Shown piece by piece: positions 27,650 to 40,049 of a stretch of 64,000 nucleotides of DNA (positions are counted from its first letter, which is position 1; each line of letters begins with the position of its first letter). A model generated the notes under the pieces. The model was not told the origin of the DNA and did no database searches. It saw only the letters and a list, made by a program, of their open reading frames with translations. The DNA is from Lama guanicoe. Taxonomy: Eukaryota. Location: the NCBI GenBank assembly GCA_013239625.1, contig MU054001.1, positions 4,504,167 to 4,568,166 of the forward strand, written 5' to 3'. Made by a program: the position numbers and the translations under genes.

Positions 27650-30600
27650 TTTATTTTTTTAACATTTTTTATTGATTTATAATCATTTTACAATGTTGTG
27701 TCAAATTCCAGTGTTCAGCACAATTTTTCAGTCATTCATGGACATATACACACTCATTGTCACATTTTTTTCTCTGTGATTTATCATAACATTTTGTGTA
27801 TATTTCCCTGTGCTATACAGTGTAATCTTGTTTATCTATTCTACAATTTTGAAATCCCAGTCTATCCCTTCCCACCCTCTACCCCCCTGGTAACCACAAG
27901 TCTGTATTCTCTGTCCATGAGTCTATTTCTGTCCTGTATTTATGCTTTGTTTTTGTTTGTTTGTTTGTTTTTGTTTTTTAGATTCCACATATGAGCGATC
28001 TCATATGGTATTTTTCTTTCTCTTTCTGGCTTACTTCACTTAGAATGACATTCTCTAGGAGCATCCATGTTGCTGCAAATGGCATTATGTTGTCGGTTTT
28101 TATGGCTGAGTAGTATTCCATTGTATAAATATACCACCTCTTCTTTATCCAGTCACCTGTTGATGGACATTTAGGCTGTTTCCATGTTTTGGCTATTGTA
28201 AATAGTGCTGCTATGAACATTGGGGTGCAGGTGTCATCCTGAAGTAGATTTCCTTCTGGATACAAGCCCAGGAGTGGGATTCCTGGGTCATATGGTAAGT
28301 CTATTCCTAGTCTTTTGAGGAATCTCCACACTGTTTTCCATAGTGGCTGCACCAAACTGCATTCCCACCAGCAGTGTAGGAGGGTTCCCCTTTCTCCACA
28401 GCCTCTCCAGCATTTGTCATTTTTGGATTTTTGAATGACGGCCATTCTGACTGGTGTGAGGTGATACCTCATTGTAGTTTTGATTTGCATTTCTCTGATA
28501 ATTAGTGATATTGAACATTTTTTCATGTGCTTTTTGATCATTTGTATGTCTTCCTTGGAGAATTGCTTGTTTAGGTCTTCTGCCCATTTTTGGATTGGGT
28601 TGTTTATTTTTTTCTTATTGAGTCGTATGAGCTGCTTATATATTTTGGAGATCAAGCCTTTGTCGGTTTCACTTGCAAAAATTTTCTCCCATTCCGTAGG
28701 TTTTCTTCTTGTTTTATTTCTGGTTTCCTTTGCTCTGCAGAAGCTTGTAAGTTTCATTAGGTCCCATTTGTTTATTCTTGCTTTTATTTCTTCTAGGAGA
28801 AAATTTTTGAAATGTATGTCAGATAATGTTTTGCCTATGTTTTCCTCTAGGAGGTTTATTGTATCTTGTCTTATGTTTAAGTCTTTAATCCATTTTGAGT
28901 TGATTTTTGTATATGGTGTAAGGGTGTGTTCTAGCTTCATTGTTTTACATGCTGCTGTCCAGTTTTCCCAACACCATTTGCTGAAGAGACTGTCTTTATT
29001 CCATTGTATATTCTTGCCTCCTTTGTCGAAGATGAGTTGACCAAAAGTTTGTGGGTTCATTTCTGGGCTCTCTATTCTGTTCCATTGGTCTATATGTCTG
29101 TTTTGGTACCAATACCATGCTGTCTTGATGACTGTAGCTCTATAGTATTGTCTGAAGTCTGGGAGAGTTATTCCTCCAGCCTCTTTCTTTCTCTTCAGTA
29201 ATGCTTTAGCAATTCTAGGTCTTTGATGGTTCCATATAAATTTTATTATGATTTGTTCTAGTTCTGTGAAATATGTCCTGGGTAATTGGATAGGGATTGC
29301 ATTAAATCTGTAGATTGCCTTGGGCAGTGTGACCATTTTAACAATATTGATTCTTCCAATCCAAGAGCATGGAATATCTTTCCATTTTTTAAAGTCTTCT
29401 TTAATTTCCTTCATCAATGGTTTATAGTTTTCTGTGTATAATTCTTTCACCTCCTTGGTTAGATTTATTCCCAGATATTTTATTACTTTGGGTGCTATTT
29501 TAAAGGGGATTGTTTCTTTACTTTCTTTTTCTGTTGATTTATCGTTAGTGTAAAGAAAGGCAACTGATTTTTGAACATTAATTTTGTAACCTGCTACCTT
29601 GCTGAATTCTTCGATCAGCTCTAGTAGCTTTTTTGTGGACCTTTTAGGGTTTTCTATATATAGTAACATGTCGTCAGCATATAATGACACTTTTACCTCT
29701 TCTTTTCCAATTTGGATCCCTTTTATTTCTTTCTCTTGCCTGATTGCTGTGGCTAGGACTTCCAGGACTATATTGAATAGGAGTGGTGATAGTGGGCATC
29801 CTTGTCTTGTCCCAGATTTTAGTGGGAAGCTTTTGAGTTTTTCACCGTTGAGAACTATGCTGGCTATAGGTTTGTCATATATAGCTTTTATTATGTTGAG
29901 ATATGTTCCCTCTATACCCACTTTGGCGAGAGTTTTTATCATAAATGGGTGTTGAATTTTATCAAATGCTTTTTCTGCATCGATTGAGATGATCATGTGG
30001 TTTTTGTCCTTTCTCTTGTTGATGTGATGTATTACATTGATTGATTTGCGTATGTTGAACCAGCCTTGTGTCCCTGGGATGAACCCCACTTGGTCATGAT
30101 GTATAATCTTTTTTATGTGTTGTTGGATTCTATTTGCTAAAATTTTGGTGAGGATTTTGGCGTCTATGTTCATCAGTGATATTGGCCTATAATTCTCTTT
30201 TTTTGTAGTGTCTTTGCCTGGTTTTGGTATCAGGGTGATGGTGGCTTCATAGAATGAGTTTGGGAGTATTCCCTCCTTTTCAATCGTCTGGAAGAGTTTG
30301 AGAAGGACTGGTATGAGTTCTTCTTTGTATGTTTGGTAGAATTCCCCGGTGAAGCCATCCGGTCCTGGACTTTTATTTGTAGGGAGGTTTTTAATTGCTA
30401 TTTCTATTTCCTTTCTAGTGATCGGATTGTTCAAGTGTTCAGTTTCTTCTTGATTCAGTTTTGGTGGACAGTATGTTTCCAGAAACTTGTCCATCTCCTC
30501 TAGGTTATCCAGTTTGGTTCCATATAGTTTTTCATAATATTCTCGTATGATATTCTGTATTTCTATTTTGTTTGTTGTAATTTCTCCATTTTCCTTTCTT

Positions 30601-31220
30601 ATTTTGCTAATTTGTGCTCTCTCTTTTTTCTTCTTTGTGAGTTTGGCCAGAGGTTTGTCGATTTTATTTACTTTTTCAAAAAACCAGCTTTTGGTTTGGT
30701 TGATTTTTTCTATGGTCTTGTTAATCTCTATTGTATTTAATTCCTCTCTGATCTTTATTATTTCCTTCCTTCTGCTGCTTTTTGGGGCTTTTTGTTCTTC
30801 TTTTTCTAATTGATTCAGGTGGTGGGTTAACTTGTTTATTTGAGATTGTTCTTCTTTTTTGAGGAAGGCCTGTATCGCTATAAACTTCCCTCTTAGCACT
30901 GCCTTTGCTGTGTCCCATAGGTTTTGAGTGGTTGTGCTTTCATTATCATTTGTCTCAAGGTATTTTTTAATTTCAGCTTTGATTTCCTCATTGATCCATT
31001 GTTTTTTCAATAACATATTGTTTAATCTCCATGCTTTTCTTTTTTTCTCCTTTGTTTCTCTGTTGTTGATTTCCAGTTTCATGGCATTGTGGTCAGTAAA
31101 GATGCTTGAGATAATTTCTATCTTCCTAAAATTTTTGAGGTTTCTTTTGTGTCCAAGTACATGATCGATCCTGGAAAATGTTCCATGTGCACTTGAAAAG
31201 AATGTATATTCTATTTTTTT
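27650..31220 (-). mobile_element. Young 5'-truncated LINE-1 (~3.6 kb: part of ORF2, 3' UTR, A-tail)
   Basis: Open ORF2 frame, T-rich tail at the left end, 12-bp TSD TATCTATTTTAT at 27638-27649 and 31251-31262. Confidence 0.97.
27978..31220 (-). pseudogene. L1 ORF2 remnant, uninterrupted frame: endonuclease C-terminal part, RT and C-terminal zinc knuckle
   Basis: 1034-aa ORF with [14 protein letters not shown] and CWRGC...HCWWEC. The frame continues upstream of the Met ([21 protein letters not shown]...TDHNAM) to the truncation point. No ORF1 or 5' UTR. Confidence 0.95.
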
Positions 31221-33679
31221 ATAGAAAAAAAATTTTAAAAAGAAAGAAAATATCTATTTTATATATAGTAGTTTCTGTGTTTCTTCTTTTTTTAAAATTG
31301 AGGTGTAGTTGATTTACAATGTTGTGTTAGTTTCTGGTGTACAGCAGGGTGATTCAGTTATACATATACATATATTCTTTTTCATTATAGGTTATGGCAA
31401 GGTATTGAATGTCATCTCCCTGCACTATAGAGTAGGACCTTGTTGTTTGTAAATACCACATTTGTTTACTCATTCATGTGTCGATGGACATTTGGGTTGG
31501 CCTACTTTTTAAACTCAGCTATGTCCTAAGCAGTAATATCTATGACAGCAATAGTTGGGTAGTAAACTTTGTTTTGCATTCGCATGAAAATGAATCTTTA
31601 ACTAACAAAGTAAGAAAGTAAAAGTGTGTCTGCAATCACATGAAGAGATCCTGCCGGCCAGTAGGGGTTCACATCAGGCTCTGGGCAACATCGCACACAT
31701 TTACAGGACAAAACTAAGCTCCACCCATCTCTGAGTCTCCAGGTCCAGCCACTGCCTGGTACCTTAGAGATGCTCAAAATTGTTTGCTGATTGCTTTAGG
31801 TTTGGGGGCCAGGAAAAGCCAGAGCTGCATTCCTTTAACAACCAGCACAATGCAGGAACTCACGTCCCTGCCAGCTTGTGCCAGGACGTGGGGCCCGTGG
31901 AGCTGGTTACATCATCGCTGCCTGCCCGCCCATGGTCCCGCACCCTTACCCCTTCAGTGCACGGCAACCTGACCTCCAGCTGCCTGACCTCCTTCCTTTG
32001 CCTGCTGGCTTCCTCTGGGCATTAGAGCCCATTGTGCCACCCACCCTGCAGATTGCAAGGGCCAGAGAACTAATGGCCCCTGGAAAGAGCCCTTGCCCAG
32101 TGACTGGCAGAGTTGGTAGATAGATGCCCCAGAGCCCTCAGTCCTCAGGTGGGATAACCGAGGTGGTGCGTGGTCCACGCTGGCTCCCAGGGCTCCCCAG
32201 CAGGACTGAGCCCCAGTCACTCTCTGTGGTAACTGGCTTGAGAAACACACCCTTTGCTGGCTGCTGTCTCCTCCCTGTCTACACCTGCACTCTTCCACAG
32301 GTGCTTCCTGAGACCACCTCCCAGTTAAACAACTTATACGGGGACCCTTGTCTCAGCCTCTGCTTTGGAGGCAACACAAGCTAAGACCCTGGAAAATGTT
32401 AGATTTCAGCTAATCTTCCATCCCCAGGAAACCCATTTTTCCTTTCTGATTGCTTTCAGTTGGGGTGGAGGTCTGCTCAGGGGAGGACCAGAGACTGCCT
32501 TGATTTCCAGGGGTCTGTTTTCCACAGGGATTACCCCAACTGGAAAGAGCTTCTCAAAGAAATGGAAACATTGTAATTAACATACAAAATCCTTACTTCT
32601 GATGTTATTAAATTTGTTACGCTTATACAGTGCAGAGCACATTGAAAAGGCAAATTAAAATATTATGTGTTAATAAGCTTGGATTAAATTGGGCTTTGAG
32701 AACCCAGGGAAGTGGAGTTAGTCCCACACGGATGCTGTGTAGGGTGTTTAAGGAGCCTTCTCCTACCCTTGAAGTTACTGCCACTGAAATTATTCGAGAA
32801 GGCACAGAATCTTAAGAGGACCTCTTCAGTCTGAAAGCAGATTTGTGTGTTTCTGTAGAGCATATGTTTAGAGGCAGGTTTCTCTACACTTTGGCACCTG
32901 GACAGGAGCGTGGAGGAAGGAAGGGGAAATTAAGAAAGCTCTCAAAAGGAATGGAAACGTCCCCCCACCAGCAGAGTAAGCCCTAGGAGCTGGAGCCACA
33001 GACATGAGGGTCCCCTCCCACCAGCTCTTGGTGACTGGTGTCCCAAGTTTGGAGGACTTGAGTGAACAAACTTGGCCAGGATGGGGCTGTGCTGTTCTCA
33101 ACCCTTGGTACTGTGGAAACCCTCAGCCAGAGGGACTCAGGACAGAAGCCAGAAAACTGCTCTCTCCCAGCAAGGTCACCCAGGCATCTTGGCCACTCCC
33201 AGGGCATCCTGGCCAAGCCCAGGGGCTCCATCACGGTCCTTGTCCTGTTTCCTATGGCCTTGGAAAGCTCTCCCTCTTACTCGGCCTTCCAAACGCTGCT
33301 CTCTCCCCTGGTCTCCTCCCACCTCTCTGATGGCTTCTTCTCCCACTCCGGCTCATCACACTGCTCCAGGGGTGGTCTTCCCCTTGACCTCCACCTAGCC
33401 CTCTACTCTTTCCACTCAACGCACTCTTCTTGAGTGATCTTTCCCACTCCTAAAGTTTCTTCTTTCACTCCCTCTTCTGCTGATGATTCCAGATCTCTCT
33501 CCTTTTATCTAGATCTTCCTCCCCAAACTTTATGCCTGGTGCACGTGGGCTGCCTCCCCCAGGGCCCCCAAGCTCAACATTTCCCAAATGGAGACTACCT
33601 TCTGCCCATATGACAGCCCCCTAGCTTGGGTCTCATCTCTTCTGATATTCAAGCTGGAATCCAGGGAAACATCCTGATG

Positions 33680-34205
33680 CTGTATCAGTTAACTATTACC
33701 CAGTAACAAATCGCCCTAAAACTTAGCATCATCAACAAAATAAATATCATCTCACACATACATTCTGTGGGTCAGGAAGCTGAGAGTGACTTGAGAGGGT
33801 GGTTTTGGATCAGGACCTCTCAGGAGGTTGCAGGCAAGATGTGGGACAGGACTGCAGTGACCTGAAGGTTTGACCGGAGCTGGATGATTTCCTTCCAAGG
33901 TGCTCACACACATGGCTGTTGGCAGGAGGCCTCAGTTCCTCACTGCGTGGATCTCTCCAGAAGCCTGCTTGAGTGTCCTCATGACATGGTAACTGGCTTC
34001 CTCCAGTGCCAGTGATCCAAGAGACAGCAAGGAGACAGCTGTGACGCCTTTGATGACCCAGACATACACCATCATTTTACCATATTCAGTTCATTGGAAG
34101 CAAGCCACTAAGGACAGCCTGCATGCAAGGGGAGGGAATTAGCCTCCACCTTTTGGAGAGAGAAATCTCAAAGGGCTAATGGACATATTTTAAAACCACC
34201 ACAAA
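33680..34205 (-). mobile_element. MaLR LTR (MLT1F/G-like)
   Basis: tgtatcagtta...taacaaatcgccctaaaacttagc; ...gacatattttaaaaccaccaca end. Confidence 0.7.
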
Positions 34206-35429
34206 TTCTTTCCTGCCACATTTGTCCTTTCTACATCTGACCAACCTCAAATCCTATTGACATGCTTTTTAAAAATTATTATATATATATATAAAAGTTA
34301 ATACAGATTAACTGCAAACAATTTAGAAAACACAGAAATGTTAAAAGAAGGGAAAACACCTCCAATCCTACCACCAAAATAATCTTACAATTTGGAGTAT
34401 TTCCATACAAGCTTTTGTCTGTGTATAGTTGTATTAGTCAGATGGGGGAAGAAGTGGGGTTGCCAGGATCCACTGCCGGAGCAGTGGGAGGGGCGTTGCC
34501 AGGAGCTGTGGCCTTAAACTGAGCCACTGCCAGAACCACAGAGAGACAGAGAGGAAGCCAGAGAAATAAACACCCTGGCTTCTCTTCTCCCGCCCTCTGA
34601 TCTCCCCAGGTGCCCCCCCCCCAAACTGGCTGAACCACAGGAAGTCAGAGGATGGACGAGCCCGGGTGATGCAGAATAGGTACCCTTAAAATAAATTGGA
34701 ATCATATTTTATATGGTTTTGAATTCCCTTTGTTTTAAACTAAACTCAAAATTATATGCTGGAAGAATTTTTTCAAGTTGTTAAATACTCTTCAAAATCA
34801 TGACATCAAATGGCCGTGGACCATTCCAAGGACTGAACTTACTGACTTCCCCTTGCGCCCATTCCCTGTTTTTCCCAACACAGCCCTCATCTGAGCCCTT
34901 GCACCAACTTGCTGATTCATGTCCTCATCTGTGGCTTTACCTCCTCCAATCCATTCCCTGTCAGTCTCTGGAGGGATCATTCTGCCACACAGATCTGGTC
35001 ATGTTATCTTCCTGCTTAAGATCCCATCAGTGGTTCCCCACTGCTCTTGGGATGAACTCCAGACCCTCCTTCGTGTCTGGCAAGGGCCTTCAGGAGGCCC
35101 TCCTTTCCAGGTGCAGCTCCAGCCCCTCCCTACAGGCATCACAGGTCCAGCCACTAGCTCACTAGCTCTGCTGAGGGGAGGCAGTGTGTGTGGTGACTAG
35201 TGCTTGGGCATTGCAGCCAGTCTGCCTGGATTCAAATCTCAGCTCTCCTACCTGCCAGCTCTCTGGCTTTGCATAAGTTTCTCTATCTGAAAGACGGGGT
35301 AATGACATACCTTGGGGTGGGGGGATGCTGAGTTAATACATGAAAGAGTTTAGAATGACCCTCGGAGCATCATGACTGCCTACTATGTCTATAAGGTATT
35401 ACCATCATCATTATTGCTCCCTGAATACA

Positions 35430-36530
35430 CTGGAGCAGTTCTAAAACATGATCCTCCATCAAGAGCCAGGGTCGGTGGCTCTTCCTCTTGAATCTGGGTG
35501 GTCTTAAAACTGCTTCAACCAGTAGAGTGAAGTGAGAGTGATGTTTTATGACTTTTGAGGCTGGGTTATACAAGGTGGTACAGCTTCTTTTTCCTGAAAA
35601 TATGTATTTTTTTATTGAAGTCTAGTCAGTTTACAATGTTGTGTCAATTTCTGGTGTGCAGCATAATGCTTCAGTCATACATGAACATATATATATTCAT
35701 TTTCATATTCTTTTTTACTGTATATTATGACAAGATATTGAATATGGTTCCCTATGTTATACAGTATAAATTTGTTGTTTATCTATTTTATATATAGTAG
35801 TTAGTATCTGCAAATCTTGAACTCCTTCCCACTCCCTTTCCCTCCTGGTAACCATAAGTTTGTTTTCTATGTCTGTGAGTCTGTTTCTGTTTTGTAAATA
35901 AGTTTGTTTGTTTTTGTTTTTTGTTTTTTATATTCTACGTATAAGTGATATCATATGGTATTTTCCCTTCTCTTTCTGGCTTACTTCACTAGAATTACGA
36001 TCTCCAGGTCCATACATATTGCTGCAAATGGCATTTTTTATGGCTGAGTAGTATTCTGTTGTATAAATATACCACAACTTCTTTATCCAGTCATCTGTCA
36101 ATGGACATTTAGGTTGTTTCCATGTCTTGGCTGTTGTAAATAGTGCTGCTGTGAACATTGGGGTGCGGTGCTATAGCTTCTATCTTTTCCAATAAAATAC
36201 TCATTAGTGGAGCCCTGATCATCCCGTCTGAAGACCCTGAGGCAGCCATTATGTGAGGAAGGCCAAACTGCACAGACAGGCCATGTGCAGGCACTGACTG
36301 CAGTCCTAGTCTTTGACTCATCCAGTGCCAGACATGTGAGTAAATGAGACTTTAGACAGCTTCAGCCCCCTATTTTGAGTTGCTCCAGAGGCCCCAGACA
36401 TTGAGGAGCAGAGACACTCTGCCATATCTGAATTCCCAACCTACAGAGTCTATGAACATAATAAAATGGTTGTTTTAAGTTGCTTAATTTTGGGGGGTAA
36501 TTTGTTACACAGCAATAGATAACTGATACA
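35430..36530 (+). mobile_element. MaLR LTR (MLT1-type) split by an L1 fragment
   Basis: cttgaatctggg...gacttttgaggctgggt; ends aataaaatggttgttttaag...ttacacagcaatagataactgataca. Confidence 0.7.
35589..36166 (-). mobile_element. 5'-truncated L1 3' end (~580 bp)
   Basis: 3' UTR and ORF2 end ([19 protein letters not shown]); TSD GGTG(G/C)TA(C/T)AGCTTCT at 35574-35588 and 36167-36181. Confidence 0.88.
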
Positions 36531-36883
36531 CACATGATGCTCTCCTTTTCTCCTTGGCAAACTCCTGCACATTGTTCAAGACCCTGAGAAAAATGTCACA
36601 TCCTCTTTGGAGCCTTCTCTGTTTCCTCCCTGCCCTTTCCTCACTGTGTGGATCTGTTTTCTCATCTCTGCCATAAGACCAGGCATCCTGAAGGCAGGAA
36701 CTTGAGTCCACATTAATCTCCTCAGCACCTGGTCAGGGCTGGACAATGAGGTAGGTTACATTTACTGAATGAATGAATGACTGAGGCCAGAGCTGTTTCT
36801 CCACGGGAGCTAGCCTGCATGAGAGAACTATCTGGAAGATATTGGCATAGTTTCCACATTGTGAGACTAGATAAATATTGGTA

Positions 36884-37068
36884 CAGTGAAGAATAATCCT
36901 GACTTATTCAAATCCTATAAAATCACCTGGGGAGCTTTAAAAATGTCCAGCCACAAGCCCCGCCCCAGGTCACCTGGGTCACACTCTGTGCAGGGGAGGC
37001 CCAGGTAGTGGTGCTTTAGGAATATTTGCCAGGTGATTCTAACATGCAGCAGAGTGGAGAAGCACTGC
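36884..37068. mobile_element. MER5A-like hAT MITE
   Basis: aatcacctggggagcttt ... ccaggtgattctaacatgcagc...gagaagcactg with internal inverted symmetry. Confidence 0.7.
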
Positions 37069-37204
37069 TGTTTAACCATACCAGCAACATCAGTGATGAT
37101 GCTGGCTCATGGTACTTACCATGTGCCAAGTGTCCTATGGTTTTTCATGAATTAACTCATCTAATCTACACCACCGCCCTATGAAGAGAAACCGTAATCA
37201 CCTC

Positions 37205-37600
37205 CCACTATAACAGCTTTGTTGAGGTATAGCTGACACACAATAAACTGTACCTTTTAAAGTATATAGTTTGATATTTTGATATATATATACACACACA
37301 CACATCAACACAATCAAGACAATGAACATATCTGTCACCCCCAAGTGTGTCCTTGTGCCCCCTTGTAATCCCTCCCTTCTGCCCTTCCCTGGCTCCCTCT
37401 GTCCACAAGTGACCATCTCTGCTTCCTGTTGCTATATTAGTTTGCACTTTCTTGAATGTTGTAGAAAGGCAATCATGCAGTATGTACTTTTTTCGTCCAG
37501 TTTCACTCACTCATAATAGTTCTGAGATTCATCCACCTTGCCGTATGTATAGATAGTCCATCCCTTTTCATTGCTGAGTAGTATCCCACTGCAGAGAGTA
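37205..37600 (-). mobile_element. L1MB-like 3' end inserted in a MIR
   Basis: aacagctttgttgaggtatagctgac... ; MIR sequence on both flanks (~37090-37200, ~37605-37720). Confidence 0.7.
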
Positions 37601-37777
37601 TCACTTCATCCCCCATTTTAAGGATGAGGAGACTCAGGTTCAGAAAGAAAAATGAAGTGACTTGCCCAAGGTCACTTGGCTGGTAAATGGTGAACTTGAA
37701 TCCAGGTAGTTGCCTCCAGGCCAGCTGGCCAAACTGTCACCTGTGTGTTCTCTCTAATTAGTCCATAATACCCTTTC

Positions 37778-38255
37778 CTGTGTAGGCAGAATGATTCACC
37801 ACGCCCACCCCCAAATCTAGGGGGAAAAAAAAAGAAAAAACAGTCTATGTCCAATCCCTGGAATCTGTGAAGATGGTACATAAAATGGCAAAGGGGAATT
37901 CAATTTGCAGGTGGAATTAAGATTCCTATCAGCTGACCTTAAAAAAAGAGATTATCTTTGGTTATCCAGGTGGGCCCAACACAGTCACAAGGGTCCCTGA
38001 AGAAGCGGTCGCAGTCAGATATTAAAGATGCTGTGGGCTGGATCTAAAGATGGAAGAAGGGGCCACGAGCCAAGGAATGTAAGTAAAAGACGAGACAGAT
38101 TGTCCCCTAGAGCTTCAGAGGGAATGCAGTCCTGTTGACACCCCAGTGAGACCCACTTCACTCTCTGACCTCCAAGTCTGTAAGACAGTACACTTTTGTT
38201 GTTTTAAGTCACTAATTTCATGGTGATTTGATAGAGCAGCCATAGGAAACTGACA
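37778..38255 (+). mobile_element. MaLR LTR (MLT1C/D-like)
   Basis: tgt..ggcagaat, gagattatc...tatccaggtgggccc, gcagccataggaaactgaca end. Confidence 0.75.
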
Positions 38256-39692
38256 AAATGACCTTGACTGTGAGTCTTGGGAGGCCAGCCAGGGACTGTA
38301 GGGTGTGCAGGGGCAGCTGGGGCAGACTGAGCCTATCTGAGCATGTGGAACTCCAGGCAGAGAGTCCATACCCCCAGCTCCCTGCCCCAGGCACAGCCTC
38401 AGGCTCTGGCTGAAACATTCCCAGGGTCACAGGAGCAGCTGGGATGTGGGCAGAGATTTCTGGGTAGAACAAATCATCCCCTAGTTCTCTGTGGGCCTAT
38501 GGTGAATGCAAGAGGCAGGCCTTCTCCACCATCTGAGCAAGACAGACCCGGGCCCTCACTGCAGAGGATGCTGGAAGGGTGGGCATGCCAGCCATGCAGC
38601 GGGACCTCAGAAAACAGAGAAGTTCAAAGGCTCTGGGGAAGGAGGGGCTGCTGGGAACCCATGGGGGCTGACAGCAATGAGGGCGTGCTTAGCACCCAGC
38701 GTTCTAGACAGAGAGCAGCAAGGGCAAAGGCCTGGCGGAGTGGGGAGGGGGCCAGGGTCAGCAACTGGTCAGGAAGGGGCTGGGCTTTCCTAACTGCATC
38801 TAAGCTGATAATCATCAGATTCATGTGTGAGAAGGCCGCGCTGGCTGTTTTGTGATACGTAGATTGGAGGAGAGCAAGGCAAGGGCCCAGAACCACCCAG
38901 GAGAGAGACTAGCTGTCCGGGTGAGAGAGAATGTGGCAGGCACTAGAGAGGTGACAAGGAGCTAGAGAGGAGGGGGCATCTTTGGGAGAAGAAGGGGCAG
39001 CTGACGGCTGGTGGGAAGCCCTCACCCAGAATGAACCCAGACCTGTCTGTGGTGGTGGCTTCAGGATGTGCCTTGCGAAGGCATTACGGCCAGCACCTGG
39101 GGCTGCAGTCAGCCCGGGGGCCAGGCCTGGCCACACCCAGCCAAGTGTGAGGGTGAAAGAAAACAAATGCTGGAAAGTCCCGAATCCCCGAGTGAGGGTA
39201 AGGGATCTTTTTTTATTGTCACTGTTTCTTGCAGGCATGAGGAAGTTTAAGAAAGCCTTCCTGAGGAAGAGCGGCAGCTGGAGGAAGCTTCCTGGTCTGT
39301 GAGCATGTCCTTGGTCTGCAGTCCATTTGGGCAGGAGGAGGAAGGATTCGTGAGCTATCCGGGTGGTAACTGGGGCCCGGATGCCCTTTCTGGCCCTGGA
39401 GATGAAGCTCTTATTGGGGCGGGGTCTGGAGAATGCTGTCTCCAGTGCTTCCCACCAACTCCCACGTGACAGGCTGAGTATGTGAAGCCTGGAGGAGGGG
39501 TCCTGCCCTGTAGGCTCCATCCTCAAGGAGGGAGCCCTGAGATCGTGTCCAGGGCCCAAGCCTGCCCTGGGCCTCCTACCACTGACCAGGGCTGACAGCC
39601 AGACTGACGGGGCCAGGGGCCTTCTGGGCAGCCACCATCTCCTCTCCAGCCTTCGGTGCCCCTGACATGGTAACAGGCCATCACATCTCCCA

Positions 39693-40045
39693 CTGGGATG
39701 GGCTGAACTGTGTCTCCTCAAATTTCACATGTTAAAGTCCTAACCCCCAGTAGCTCAGAATGTGTCTGTACTTGGAGATGGGGTCTTAAGGAGATAATTA
39801 ATTTAAAAAGATATTCTTATAAAAAAGGAAATTTGGACATAGACACGCACAGAGGGAAGATGAGGTGAAGATACAGGGAGAAGACAGCCATCTACAATCC
39901 AAAAAGAGAGAATTTTTCTTACCAACCCTGATGACACTTTGATTTCAGATTTCTAGTCTCCAGAACTGTGAGAAAATAAATTTCTGTTGTTTAAACCACA
40001 CAATCTATGGTACCTTGTTACAGCAGCTCTGGCAAAGTAAGAAAC
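39693..40045 (+). mobile_element. MaLR LTR (MLT1A/B-like)
   Basis: gggctgaactgtgtctcctcaaatttcacatgttaaagtcctaacccccag; ctccagaactgtgagaaaataaatttctgttgtttaa. Confidence 0.78.
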
Positions 40046-40049
40046 CTAG

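Larger units (their letters stand above)
27020..31510 (-). mobile_element. Old L1MB-like 3' end split by three younger L1 insertions (host parts ~27020-27408 and ~31453-31510)
   Basis: Host sequence resumes after TSD ATACCACATTT (27398-27408 and 31453-31463). Confidence 0.75.

Noticed and set aside
28480..31164. Plus-strand hydrophobic ORFs
   Set aside because: Antisense shadows of the A-rich L1 ORF2.
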